A DNA stretch of 64,000 nucleotides, taken from Synechococcus sp. (GTDB lineage: Bacteria > Cyanobacteriota > Cyanobacteriia > Thermostichales > PCC-7336). The notes beneath the pieces are model-generated. The model was not told the DNA's origin and did not search any database. It was given only the letters and a program-made list of their open reading frames with translations. A program made the translations under genes and the position numbers. Shown in pieces: positions 20,226 through 29,607 of this stretch (positions are counted from its first letter, which is position 1; each line of letters begins with the position of its first letter). The stretch spans positions 1 through 64,000 of the forward strand of contig JBFRWN010000124.1 in the NCBI GenBank assembly GCA_051439605.1, in the 5' to 3' direction.

Positions 20226-21294
20226 CTAATCAACATTCTGAAAGAGGATTGATAGTCTTGTAATGAGTGCGCCTAGTAGGACGTACCCAATGAACACTTG
20301 AACAGCAACCATGATATGACCCATAAGACTTGCAGGATGGGCACTAATATCCCCAAATCCTAAAGTAGTCATTGTAACAACCGAAAAATATAGCGATCTT
20401 CCAAAAAGAACAACAGACTTTGTAGTGCAATTACCAACATCAATAAGATCATCTTGGCCTGAACTTATCAGGTCGGGATTTGTATTACATGAATACTTAT
20501 CTAAGCCTTCCAAATACGGTGTATCAAGTGGTGTTGGCCAGAAGGCCCATCCAGGAGCTTCAGTTGGAATTACATATATCACTGCAAACAAGAAAGCAAA
20601 AAAAACTCCTACAATCCTTTTTGTTGAACTTCCATAATCAGACGTCCACCAAAAAAAACTGCACAATTTTGCTAAGAAGAGTATTTGCTTGGTATTTCTT
20701 ACACCAGTAAATTTTCCGAACATTTCTTTTTAGACGGGCTTTAGTTTCCTCTTCAATACGAGCATTATCTAATCCAACATTCGAGAAGTCTGTAGCATCA
20801 TCTATAGTACTATTTTCAAATTTTATAAGTCCATCAACAATAGAAAACTTTGCATATAAACCTTATAGCTTACTTAATGTCAAGTTGGTACTACTTAAAT
20901 CAATGTTATAGAGATTAGCCTCATTCAGATCAGCTGAAATCAGTAAAGCTTCATTTAATTTTGCATACCCAAAGTTGGCATTTCTAAGGTTAGCTTTAAA
21001 GAAATTGGCTGTAATGCATAAAGCATGATGGATACTAGCATTTCTGAGGTTGGCTTCAGTGAGGTTGGCACTACTAAGGTTGGCTTCAGTGAGGTTGGCA
21101 CTACTAAGGTTGGCTTCACTGAGGTCGGCTCTACTGAGGTTGGCTCCACGGAGGTCGGCTCCACGGAGGTCGGCTTGCCTGAGGTCGATCGCCACCTTAG
21201 GATTACTTTCCCGCCAAGCATTCCAAACGTCTGAACCTCTCCTAAGAATGGCCACCAAATCGAGATTATCGAGATCGGTATTTGTTATCGGCAT
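20226..21294 (-). pseudogene. Pentapeptide-repeat plus two-TM K+-channel-like gene, disrupted
   Basis: In-frame TAA at 20863-20865, after which the frame continues GLYAKFSIVDG...RLKRNVRKIYW. A +1 frameshift in the A8 run (20651-20658) leads into FFWWTSDYG...YFSVVTMTTLGFGD. Confidence 0.85.
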
Positions 21295-21503
21295 CTCTTA
21301 AACCTACCTACCCACCCTCACTCTTCCCCAACCTGTCTTCCAGCTCCCCAATCTTCTTCTGAAACTCTTGATTCTGGCTAAGCAGTTAGAAGCCATCAAC
21401 CTTTGGGCCATGATAGGAGTCCGCATTATTGGTATGAACCGCAGCATAGTCAGTATTGGAAGCGGTATTACATATTGTGAGCAAGACAAACCCGACGACT
21501 CAT

Positions 21504-22157
21504 TTAATTTTTAGATTGCTCTTTGCCTTCCAGAAACCAAGAAGAAACAAACCCAGTATAGGTGCCAAATAGGCCAATTCCACTGGCCATCAATATCGCT
21601 GCAACCAACCTTCCACCTATGGTTACTGGGTAATGGTCGCCGTATCCCACTGTTGTCATAGTGACAAACGCCCACCAAATTGCATCTTCTGGAGTAGTAA
21701 TGTTGGTTGTGGCTCCAGACTCGAACTCTAAGATTGCGATGCTAGAAATCATTAGCAGCAGCATTGCTATCAGGCTTGAAGCCAAAAAAGTGCTTTCAGC
21801 TCTTCGCTTAAGAGCAAAATCAGAAAGAACTTTAGCCGACCTTACAGCCCGCAGAAGTCTGAGAATCCTAACGATTCTTGCAAGCCTCCCAATCCTCAAA
21901 AAACCAACTGTAGGAATGCTGGAGACAAGATCTATCCAGCCCCATCCAAGCAAGTATTTAATTTTGTTTCTCGATCTAATAACGCTACTAAGAAAATCAA
22001 GTAGGAAGAATCCACATATGAAATTGTCAGCGTAGGTAAGAATAGTCTTAGCGCCTTCCGGAACAGGGAAAAATACTTCGACACACAATATCGATATTGC
22101 GTAGACGCAAAGCGAAAGCATGAAGAACTGGTAAGGTTGAACCTCTTGAGAACTCAT
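21504..22157 (-). CDS. Voltage-gated-type potassium channel / ion transporter
   Basis: S4-like LRIGRLARIVRILRLLRAVR; pore WWAFVTMTTVGYGD; PVT..GR. Confidence 0.92.
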   Translation of the reverse strand: MSSQEVQPYQFFMLSLCVYAISILCVEVFFPVPEGAKTILTYADNFICGFFLLDFLSSVIRSRNKIKYLLGWGWIDLVSSIPTVGFLRIGRLARIVRILRLLRAVRSAKVLSDFALKRRAESTFLASSLIAMLLLMISSIAILEFESGATTNITTPEDAIWWAFVTMTTVGYGDHYPVTIGGRLVAAILMASGIGLFGTYTGFVSSWFLEGKEQSKN

Positions 22158-22163
22158 TAATGC

Positions 22164-22466
22164 TTAAACCCGCCTTTCAATCATGCGAACGCGAGCAACA
22201 ACTTTGTAGCTTTCAACAAAACGTTCTAAGGCAATTTCTACAGGTGGGTAAGCAGGATTGCTGCTGAGTATTCGCATATCCCCGTTCGCCCGCTGCAGAC
22301 ACTTAACGATTAGTCTTTCTGTGATGATGGCATAGATTCCAAGAACCGTCTATTCCTGCACTTGCTGACATAAAATCCACTGTCGAGAAAACAGTTCGGG
22401 TTCCATGGAATCACCTTGCACCTAGATTTCGGCTAAGCCTTCAACTGTTCCGAGCTCTGAAATAAC
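22164..22466 (-). pseudogene. S24 peptidase (LexA/CI-type repressor C-terminal domain) remnant
   Basis: Manual translation: ...LAEI*VQGDSMEPELFS...VQE*TVLGIYAIITERLIVKCLQRANGDMRILSSNPAYPPVEI...VVARVRMIERRV*. TAG stops at 22422-22424 and 22350-22352. Confidence 0.8.
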
Positions 22467-22703
22467 TTACAAGAAAGTGTCAGGACTCGGATCTCAGTTG
22501 CAACAAGCATGTGCTTATTAAGAATGGGAGCAATAACACAACGAGATACTACCAAGGGTTTCAGCTCTCTTGAATAATGACATTCTCAATGAAAAACACG
22601 ATATCTGGGATCTGCCACATTCGAACTAATGCGCCTCACAAACGGCTTCCCCTCCATTCAAAATTGAATGAAAAACCTAGTCGTTTGGCTTGCTCAAACA
22701 AGC

Positions 22704-23645
22704 CTACAGTGCCGACAGAATTTGCTCGTCGATCGCAAAATCCATCTCTTTCTGATGGCGACCGGAGGCAATAAAATCGAGGTCCCAGAAATCTTTAATC
22801 CCATCAGGTAGGGAAATTTTGGGAGTCCAATCGAGCTCGGTTTGCGCCTTTGTAATCGACGCAAAGAAATGCTGGCTGCGGAGGGGGAAGGCTTTACGCT
22901 TGCCTAGTTGGAATTGGGTGGGATCGAAATGGACAATCTTGGCTTCTTTGCCGATCGCTGCGGCGCACTCCTGCACGAGACCGTTAAAGGTAATGCACCG
23001 AATATCGGAAATGTTGTAAATCTGCCCTTTCGCTGTGTCGTTACCCAAGACTGCCACCATCGCAGCTGCCAAGTCTTTCACGTGGCCCAATTGCGTGATC
23101 CACTGGCCGTTATCGGGCACCAGAATGGGACGGTTGCGATAGAGGCGATCGAAGAAAAACGCCTCGATATCGTTGTAGTTGCCTGCACCGTAGATATAAA
23201 CGGGACGGATGGACGTGTAGGGGAAGCCATTGGCTTCGAACTGGGATTGCAGGTAGGCTTCAGTATTTCCTTTTCCCTTATGGCGGCTTTGGGGGTCGAG
23301 GGCATCCCCTTCGATGTGGGGCATCAAATTTGATTTGAGATACACTCCAGCGGAACTCATATAGACAAAGTGCTGGAGATTGCTGTTTTGCAAGCATTCC
23401 ACCAGCGGCTGGGTGTCGCTCAGCTCGCGACCGTTGTTGTCAAAGACCGCATCGAACTGCCGATCAGCAAGTTTGGACTTGAGTTGTTCCGGATCTTTGC
23501 GATCGCCGTGAATCTGCTCGATACCGTCTACGGGGGCGGGACGGTTGCCACGATTAAACAGCACTACTTCGTGACCGGCAGCCACCAGCGCTTCGGTCAG
23601 CGCCACCCCCACAAATCGGGTTCCCCCCATCACCAAAATTCGCAC
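22704..23645 (-). CDS. NAD-dependent epimerase/dehydratase family protein (CSP41-like)
   Basis: MGGTRFVG, FNRG, FDNNGRE, SSAGVY, SRHKGK, RP.YIYG and QLGHVKDLA motifs; GTG 23645 follows a GGAGAG RBS. Confidence 0.9.
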   Translation of the reverse strand: MRILVMGGTRFVGVALTEALVAAGHEVVLFNRGNRPAPVDGIEQIHGDRKDPEQLKSKLADRQFDAVFDNNGRELSDTQPLVECLQNSNLQHFVYMSSAGVYLKSNLMPHIEGDALDPQSRHKGKGNTEAYLQSQFEANGFPYTSIRPVYIYGAGNYNDIEAFFFDRLYRNRPILVPDNGQWITQLGHVKDLAAAMVAVLGNDTAKGQIYNISDIRCITFNGLVQECAAAIGKEAKIVHFDPTQFQLGKRKAFPLRSQHFFASITKAQTELDWTPKISLPDGIKDFWDLDFIASGRHQKEMDFAIDEQILSAL

Positions 23646-23742
23646 GGCCAACTCTCCCGTCACTATCCGTCCGTTTGTCAGGATACGACAGTCCCAGCCC
23701 GCCGATCGCAGGCCAGACTAATCCGGGTGGTGCGAGAGACCC

Positions 23743-24258
23743 CTATCGCGCCCCGCCCCAGACATACCAGTTGGGATACACGTACACCCAGTAACCGGCC
23801 TGACCGGTTTCCCCGCACCAGGTGCCTCCCCCCCAATAGCCGTAGTCGGAAAAATCGCCGTAGGTGGAACGGTCTTGGTGACAGGTCAAAATTTGCTGCA
23901 AACTGTAATAACTTCCCTCGGCAGATGCCGAGGCAGGCAGATTGACGCTGGACGAGAGCTTCGTAAAGCCTCCTTTCCCTTGCTGCGCCCATACGTACCA
24001 GTTGGGATATTCGTACACCCAATAGCCAGCCAAGCCATTGCGACCGCACCAGGACCCTCCTCCCCAATAGCCGTAGTCGTAAACATCGCCGTAACTGCCG
24101 CGATCTTGGGCACAGGGCAGCACCTGAACCAGGTCGGAATAGCGACCGTTGCCGGAGGCTACGTAGGATTGAGCGGCAGCTGGTTCCCCATTGAAGGTGA
24201 AGGAGGCAGCGGCGGCGATCGCCATTGATGCGAGTGGGGTGAAAAAGCGCTTGAGCAT
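23743..24258 (-). CDS. Secreted protein made of two tandem Trp/Tyr/Gly/Cys-rich ~57 aa domains
   Basis: Signal peptide ending PAAA-Q; repeat C.QDR..YGD..DYGYWGGG.WCG..G.AGYWVY.YPNWYVW twice. Confidence 0.8.
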   Translation of the reverse strand: MLKRFFTPLASMAIAAAASFTFNGEPAAAQSYVASGNGRYSDLVQVLPCAQDRGSYGDVYDYGYWGGGSWCGRNGLAGYWVYEYPNWYVWAQQGKGGFTKLSSSVNLPASASAEGSYYSLQQILTCHQDRSTYGDFSDYGYWGGGTWCGETGQAGYWVYVYPNWYVWGGAR

Positions 24259-24490
24259 GGTAATGGGCTAAGTAGAAGGATCTCAAAGTCTCAAGCGCAC
24301 TGTACCCAAGTGCATCTCAATTCTTGGCAATCTCATCTCTGGGTAACACCGTTTTCCCATTTTCGATATCGGTATTGTCAGGGAGTTCCCCATCCCCCCC
24401 TGCTTTTCAAGGATTAAGCTATGGTGCCTGTATGTCTTCTGTTGGCAAAGACGTCTGAGATTGCAGCTTAAAAGGGTAATTGGGTGAAGT

Positions 24491-26359
24491 ATGCCAGTTT
24501 CTCAGAAGGAACTTCAAAGCGCATTGCTCTACTTTGCCTACTGCGGTCAGACCCAGTTGTTTGGCTGCAAGATTGAACCGGAGGACACCCAACTGGGGCG
24601 ACAATTAGCCAGCCGGTTTGTGAGGGGGGGCGAACCGTTAACGATCATAGAAGAAGCCCAAGCTTTCGAGCTGGTGAAGAAGTATCGAAAACCCCTCACT
24701 AAGGCAGGGGTAAAGGTTCCCAAATCGCTGCCCGACCGGCTGAATATTCAGCAGGAGTCAGAGGGGGTGTGGCTGGTGTCAAACCAGCATAAGGGGACGC
24801 AATACACGGTTGAAATCGCGGCTGGGCAAAGCACCTGTACCTGTCCGCAGTTTCGCTTTAAGGCGGATTGCAAGCATCTCAAGGCGGTGTGGGAACAAGA
24901 GATTGCGACAGAACGGGAACGAGACATCATTTTGGACAATGAGGTTGAAGCACCCGCCCCTGTCGAAGAGCAGGAGCAAGCTCCCGTAATTGCAGCAGAA
25001 ACGGTCGATTTTTCAGAAAAAGCCCCAGATCGATCGCCAGATGCCTCATCCGCTCCAGGCAATCTCGAGATTCCTGAAGTGTTGCCCGGAATCACGCTGA
25101 CGGTGCAGCAATGGCAGGCATTACAAGAATTAGAGGCCTTTGTCGCGGGAGAGGAGCGGCTGCACTTACTCACCGGCTATGCAGGAACTGGAAAATCCAC
25201 GTTATTGCAGGCCCTGATTGTGCGCCTGCGCGATCGCGGGGACGAGCGCTCCATTGCCCTGACGGCCTTCACCAACAAGGCCAAAAAAGTCTTGGAGTCG
25301 ATGACCGTCCAATGGGGGCTGGACGTGGATTGCCTCACCTGCTGCCAGCTATTGGGAATTCGCCCTGCCATCAACCCCGATACCGGACAGCAGGAATTTA
25401 AGCCCGATCGCAGTTACCTCAGCCAAATCGATAAGTTCGAGCTGGTGGTGGTGGACGAATGTTCCACGATTGGGGAGGAAATGTGGGGGCTGTTGCTGAA
25501 TGCGGTATCCGGCCTATTCAAAGATGTAAAGCTACTATTTGTGGGCGATCGGGCGCAGCTGCCGCCAGTTAACGAACTCGAATCCCCCTGTTTCGAGCAA
25601 ATTCAGCAGGCTACAAACTTGACTGAGGTGGTGCGTTACGGCAATGCCATTGGGCGGGTGGCCGATCGCCTGCGGCAGAACATTCATGCCCCCTACCTGC
25701 CCAAGTTTCATACCCAAGCCACTGCGGATGAGGGGGAAGGGGTGTTTGTACAGGAGCCCAAAGAATGGCATCGATCGCTAATGGATGTGTTCGAACGCTT
25801 GCAGGGGGGCGGGGAGTTCGAGCGGGTGCGGGCGCTGGCTTATACGAATCGGCGGGTGGAAGCGCTCAATACCATGATTCGGAGGGCGGTGTACGGCGAT
25901 CGGGTGGGGCGGTTTGTGGTGGGGGAGCGGTTGATGGCCTATGCCCCGTGTTTGCAGGATGAGACGGTTTTGCTGACCTCTTCGGCGGAATGTACGGTCA
26001 GGGACGTGCAGATGGGCCGCATTGAGGGATGGCGGGTGTGGAATTTGGATGTGGAGGATGAGGAGGGGCGCTGGCGGCAGCTGCGGGTGCTGCACGAGGG
26101 GATGACGGCGGAGTTTCAGCGGCGGTTGCGGGGGCTGGCGGAGGCGGCGCAGTGGAAGGAGTTTTGGGAGTTAAAGAATGGGTTTCACGATTTGCGCTAT
26201 GCCTATGCGTTGACGGTGCACAAGTCGCAGGGGAGTAGTTTTGAGGAGGTGTATGTTGACGTGCGGAATTTTGGGGTAAATCGGAGCGCCGTGGAGCGGA
26301 ATAAGTTGTGTTATGTGGCGCTGACGCGGGCTTCGAAGCGGGTGTTTATTTTGCAGTAG
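24491..26359 (+). CDS. SWIM Zn finger plus Dda/RecD-like SF1B helicase
   Basis: CTCPQF...CKH; GYAGTGKST, VDECS, VGDRAQLPPV, LTEVVRY, YALTVHKSQGSSF and YVALTRAS motifs. Confidence 0.9.
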   Translation: MPVSQKELQSALLYFAYCGQTQLFGCKIEPEDTQLGRQLASRFVRGGEPLTIIEEAQAFELVKKYRKPLTKAGVKVPKSLPDRLNIQQESEGVWLVSNQHKGTQYTVEIAAGQSTCTCPQFRFKADCKHLKAVWEQEIATERERDIILDNEVEAPAPVEEQEQAPVIAAETVDFSEKAPDRSPDASSAPGNLEIPEVLPGITLTVQQWQALQELEAFVAGEERLHLLTGYAGTGKSTLLQALIVRLRDRGDERSIALTAFTNKAKKVLESMTVQWGLDVDCLTCCQLLGIRPAINPDTGQQEFKPDRSYLSQIDKFELVVVDECSTIGEEMWGLLLNAVSGLFKDVKLLFVGDRAQLPPVNELESPCFEQIQQATNLTEVVRYGNAIGRVADRLRQNIHAPYLPKFHTQATADEGEGVFVQEPKEWHRSLMDVFERLQGGGEFERVRALAYTNRRVEALNTMIRRAVYGDRVGRFVVGERLMAYAPCLQDETVLLTSSAECTVRDVQMGRIEGWRVWNLDVEDEEGRWRQLRVLHEGMTAEFQRRLRGLAEAAQWKEFWELKNGFHDLRYAYALTVHKSQGSSFEEVYVDVRNFGVNRSAVERNKLCYVALTRASKRVFILQ

Positions 26360-28451
26360 GGTTTTCGTCTTGGTTTTGATTGCCGTAGACGAGAGATTGG
26401 AAACGGGGGTGCGATTTTAGGTCTTCGAACATTGGATTATTGCTTGCCCATTCACGAATGATTTCAGGTTCAAATTGTATGGCTTTTTCTAGACAGTCCA
26501 GAGCGGTCTTGTAGTCTTGAAGTTGAACGAAGGTAACTGCTTGGTTGCCCCAGGCTTCGTGTTTGTCGGGCTTGAATTCGAGGGCTTTGTCGAAGGAGGC
26601 GATCGCCTCTTCCGTTCGACCCAACTGACCCATCGCAGTTCCTCGGTTGGACCAGGCTTCGTGGTAGTCAGGCTTGAATTCGAGGGCTTTGTCGTAGGAG
26701 GCGATCGCCTCTTCCGTTCGACCCAACTGATCCAGCGCATTTCCGCGGTTGTACCAGGCTTCGTGTTTGTCGGGCTTGAATTCGAGGGCTTTGTCGTAGG
26801 AGGCGATCGCCTCTTCCGTTCGACCCAACTGACCCAGCGTAACTCCGCGGTTGTACCAGGCTTCGTGGGAGTCGGGCTTGAATTCGAGGGCTTTGTCGTA
26901 GGAGGTGATCGCCTCTTCCGTTCGATCCAACTGATCCAGGGCAATTCCTCGGTTGGACCAGGCTAAGTGGTCGTTGGGCTTGATTTCAAGGGCTTTGTCG
27001 TAGAACCGAATTGCCTCTTGATTCTCCCCACCAAGCTGAAACAAGACGGCACAGATAATCAATGCTTCTAGGAAAGCCTCACCCCGCTGGTTGGCTAGCT
27101 TAAATATCATCCCAGCAATACCAACGATATGGTTGGCAAATTCAACCCCCTGCGTTGCTGCCTCAAATTGGCCATCTCTAGGTTCGAGAATCTGTTCTAC
27201 ATCAGTCAAATAGGCAATTACCCGAGACAGTCTGAATCGCCACCACAACTTTTGCAGCCAAGACCCTTTCGATACAATCAGTGCTGCCGACCTGACGGTC
27301 TCGACATCTACAGGAACCTGCAGGCTTATAAGTATGGCAACTGCAGAGTAAACAAATCGTGCTAGGGGATAGCGCTTTACAGCCCTCTGGTACCGTTCCT
27401 CCCAAGTACCGCGTAACGAAGCGGTAAACCCCTCAGCCGTTACCTGTTGATTTCTGGACTTAAACTCTCGTAAATTCTCAACAACATTTCGAAACGTGCG
27501 ATCGTTTTTCAAAGCGATGGCCCGATATTCCTTATGCCTTTCCTGCAACCCTGCTTGCGGAACTAGCACTTCCAATAGGGCAACTACTGAGTCGTTGTGA
27601 GGAGGTGGTAATTCGTAACGCCTGAATAGTTGCCAAAAATTTTGAAAATCGTTCCATTGCAACTTATCCCAAGGGCTGCATTCACCCACTCGTTCGATAT
27701 CTTTTTCGTTACGAGCCGTTGCGACAACTCGAATCTCAGAAGTACCGCAGCATTGCTCGAACCATCGAATTGTATTCAGCAATCTTTCCTGCAAAGGAAC
27801 CTGCAAAACAGTTTCTTGACCGTACTTTTCTAAGCCCTCAGCATTCTCCCGTTGCTCTCGGCAGAACTCCATTGCTTGGTTCAAATCATCTAACCACAGC
27901 AGCAATTTCCGCGTTGTCCCAACTTGTTCGAATAACTTTTGGCCATCGATAGGCACATCCAACCACCGCAAATTCTTTGGAAATAACACCGTCCACCCCT
28001 CTCTATTGAAAAGCTGCACCAACTCGGCAGCCTCCCGTGTTTTCCCCAAGCCGGTGCGCCCCAAAATCAGTAGCTTGCCATTCCCCTGTTTCAGAGCCGA
28101 CTCCATCTCCTCGCGAACATTTCGCCCTTCAACTCGCGCCTCATACGGAATCTTTCGGTCTGCCAGCTCTGCCAGTGGGCCGGTCACCTCGCTCCGAAAC
28201 ACCAAAGGAAACACATCCCCATTCGGCGGAACAATCTTAAACCCCGATACCGATTTAATGCGACTGCTAGCAACCTCTTTTCGCTGCTGCCTTCGCCAGC
28301 CTAACCACTGGCCGATTGCTACAAAAACAGCAACTACTCCAGCTATGCCTCCTCCCAGTGCCCCGAAGGTGTTAAGCCAACCTTCATTAGCTTCCAACCA
28401 ATCCTTAACCGCAGTTGCTAGTTCCGAAAGGGTGATCGCAAACAACACCAA
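26346..28451 (-). CDS. N-terminal TM, P-loop NTPase and C-terminal TPR repeat protein
   Basis: TM GIAGVVAVFVAIGQW; Walker A GRTGLGKT; Walker B LLWLDD; about 6 TPRs (AWYNRG..L..LGRTEEAIASYDKALEFKPD). Confidence 0.88.
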   Translation of the reverse strand: MVLFAITLSELATAVKDWLEANEGWLNTFGALGGGIAGVVAVFVAIGQWLGWRRQQRKEVASSRIKSVSGFKIVPPNGDVFPLVFRSEVTGPLAELADRKIPYEARVEGRNVREEMESALKQGNGKLLILGRTGLGKTREAAELVQLFNREGWTVLFPKNLRWLDVPIDGQKLFEQVGTTRKLLLWLDDLNQAMEFCREQRENAEGLEKYGQETVLQVPLQERLLNTIRWFEQCCGTSEIRVVATARNEKDIERVGECSPWDKLQWNDFQNFWQLFRRYELPPPHNDSVVALLEVLVPQAGLQERHKEYRAIALKNDRTFRNVVENLREFKSRNQQVTAEGFTASLRGTWEERYQRAVKRYPLARFVYSAVAILISLQVPVDVETVRSAALIVSKGSWLQKLWWRFRLSRVIAYLTDVEQILEPRDGQFEAATQGVEFANHIVGIAGMIFKLANQRGEAFLEALIICAVLFQLGGENQEAIRFYDKALEIKPNDHLAWSNRGIALDQLDRTEEAITSYDKALEFKPDSHEAWYNRGVTLGQLGRTEEAIASYDKALEFKPDKHEAWYNRGNALDQLGRTEEAIASYDKALEFKPDYHEAWSNRGTAMGQLGRTEEAIASFDKALEFKPDKHEAWGNQAVTFVQLQDYKTALDCLEKAIQFEPEIIREWASNNPMFEDLKSHPRFQSLVYGNQNQDENPTAK
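26548..26995 (-). repeat. Near-identical 102 bp tandem repeats encoding TPR units
   Basis: The unit ...gcttgaattcgagggctttgtcg(t/a)aggagg(c/t)gatcgcctcttccgttcga... recurs four times. Confidence 0.9.
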
Positions 28452-28732
28452 ATCCCGAATTCATAAAATTATTTCTAACTCACCCATGAGATAGTGGCTC
28501 TAATAACTCCATTTCAGCCGTCTCGCAGCCCTGAAATCCATCCTCACAAGATTACGATTATCCATTAATTTTTCATGGAATATCAGCCTGCTTGCACGTG
28601 CGTAAGCTATCACAAACATGTTGTGCCACAAGCGTTTCGCAGGTTTTGAATTACAAAGCGGCTTAAACTCTCATCCCGCAGCTCTGCCCTTTGATATCCG
28701 ATTTTAGTCCTATTCACGAACGGCGACGAATT

Positions 28733-29569
28733 ATGAAAAAAATCCTGATCTGCACTGACCTCGATCGCACCCTGATCCCCAACGGTTCTGCCCCAGAGTC
28801 AGAGCAGGCCCTTCCCCTCTTCAGAAAACTAGTGTCTCGCCCCGAGGTCTCGCTGACCTACGTTTCCGGTCGTCATCTAGAGGGAATCCAGGAGGCGATC
28901 GCCGAATACGAATTGCCCCAACCGAACTTTGCGATCGCCGATGTCGGAGCCAGCATCTATTCCCAAAACGATGGAGAATGGTCGCGGCTGCAGGAGTGGG
29001 ATCGCAAGAGTGCCCAGAACTGCAACAGCGACGATTGGGGAACCATTGACAGATTGTTTCACGATCTCGATTCCATCGAGCTGCAGGAGCCCTCTCACCA
29101 GGGGTTGTACAAGCTGAGTTATTACTCCTCGGCAGAGGTCAGCGGCACGTCGTTGATGTTCAAGATGAAGAATCGACTCAAGCGGCAGGGGGTGCAGGCC
29201 AAACTGATTTGGAGTACCGATGAGAATCTCAAGATCGGCATGCTGGATGTGATTCCTGCCAATGCGGATAAGCGATTGGCGATCGAATATTTAATGGAGC
29301 ACAAGCGATTCCACCGCGATCGAACGGTGTTTGCTGGCGATAGCGGTAACGATATGGCAGTACTGGCCAGCCCGATTCCCGCAGTGCTAGTGGCAAATGC
29401 TGGGGACGAGGTCAAGCAGCAGGCGTATCGGCGATCGCGGGAAAGCAAAAACCTTCTGTCCCTCTACATTGCTCGCGGCGGATGTTTGGGAATGAACGGC
29501 AATTATGCGGCCGGTATTTTGGAGGGGGTGATTAACTATTTCCCTCAGGTAGAGGGATGGCTGTCCTAA
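28733..29569 (+). CDS. HAD-IIB hydrolase, sucrose-phosphate phosphatase family
   Basis: CTDLDRTLIPNG, YVSGR, DVG, KLSYY, LDVIP and FAGDSGND motifs. Confidence 0.88.
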   Translation: MKKILICTDLDRTLIPNGSAPESEQALPLFRKLVSRPEVSLTYVSGRHLEGIQEAIAEYELPQPNFAIADVGASIYSQNDGEWSRLQEWDRKSAQNCNSDDWGTIDRLFHDLDSIELQEPSHQGLYKLSYYSSAEVSGTSLMFKMKNRLKRQGVQAKLIWSTDENLKIGMLDVIPANADKRLAIEYLMEHKRFHRDRTVFAGDSGNDMAVLASPIPAVLVANAGDEVKQQAYRRSRESKNLLSLYIARGGCLGMNGNYAAGILEGVINYFPQVEGWLS

Positions 29570-29607
29570 CTGCTAGCAGCTAGAGAGTCTGACGAGTGAG
29601 GGTGAAT

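Noticed and set aside
21045..21185. 15 and 30 bp tandem repeats
   Set aside because: Explained by pentapeptide-repeat coding.
23370..24286. Long alternative ORFs (e.g. 23678-24286, 23370-23945, and similar ones elsewhere such as 14693-15265)
   Set aside because: Shadow frames overlapping better-supported genes.
25800..26340. Strong G-richness of the helicase 3' half (possible G-quadruplexes)
   Set aside because: Similar local G/C skews occur in other genes here and fit codon choice; no independent support.
26548..26995. Regular repeats as a CRISPR array
   Set aside because: The 102 bp units are in-frame TPR coding repeats without unique spacers, and there are no cas genes.
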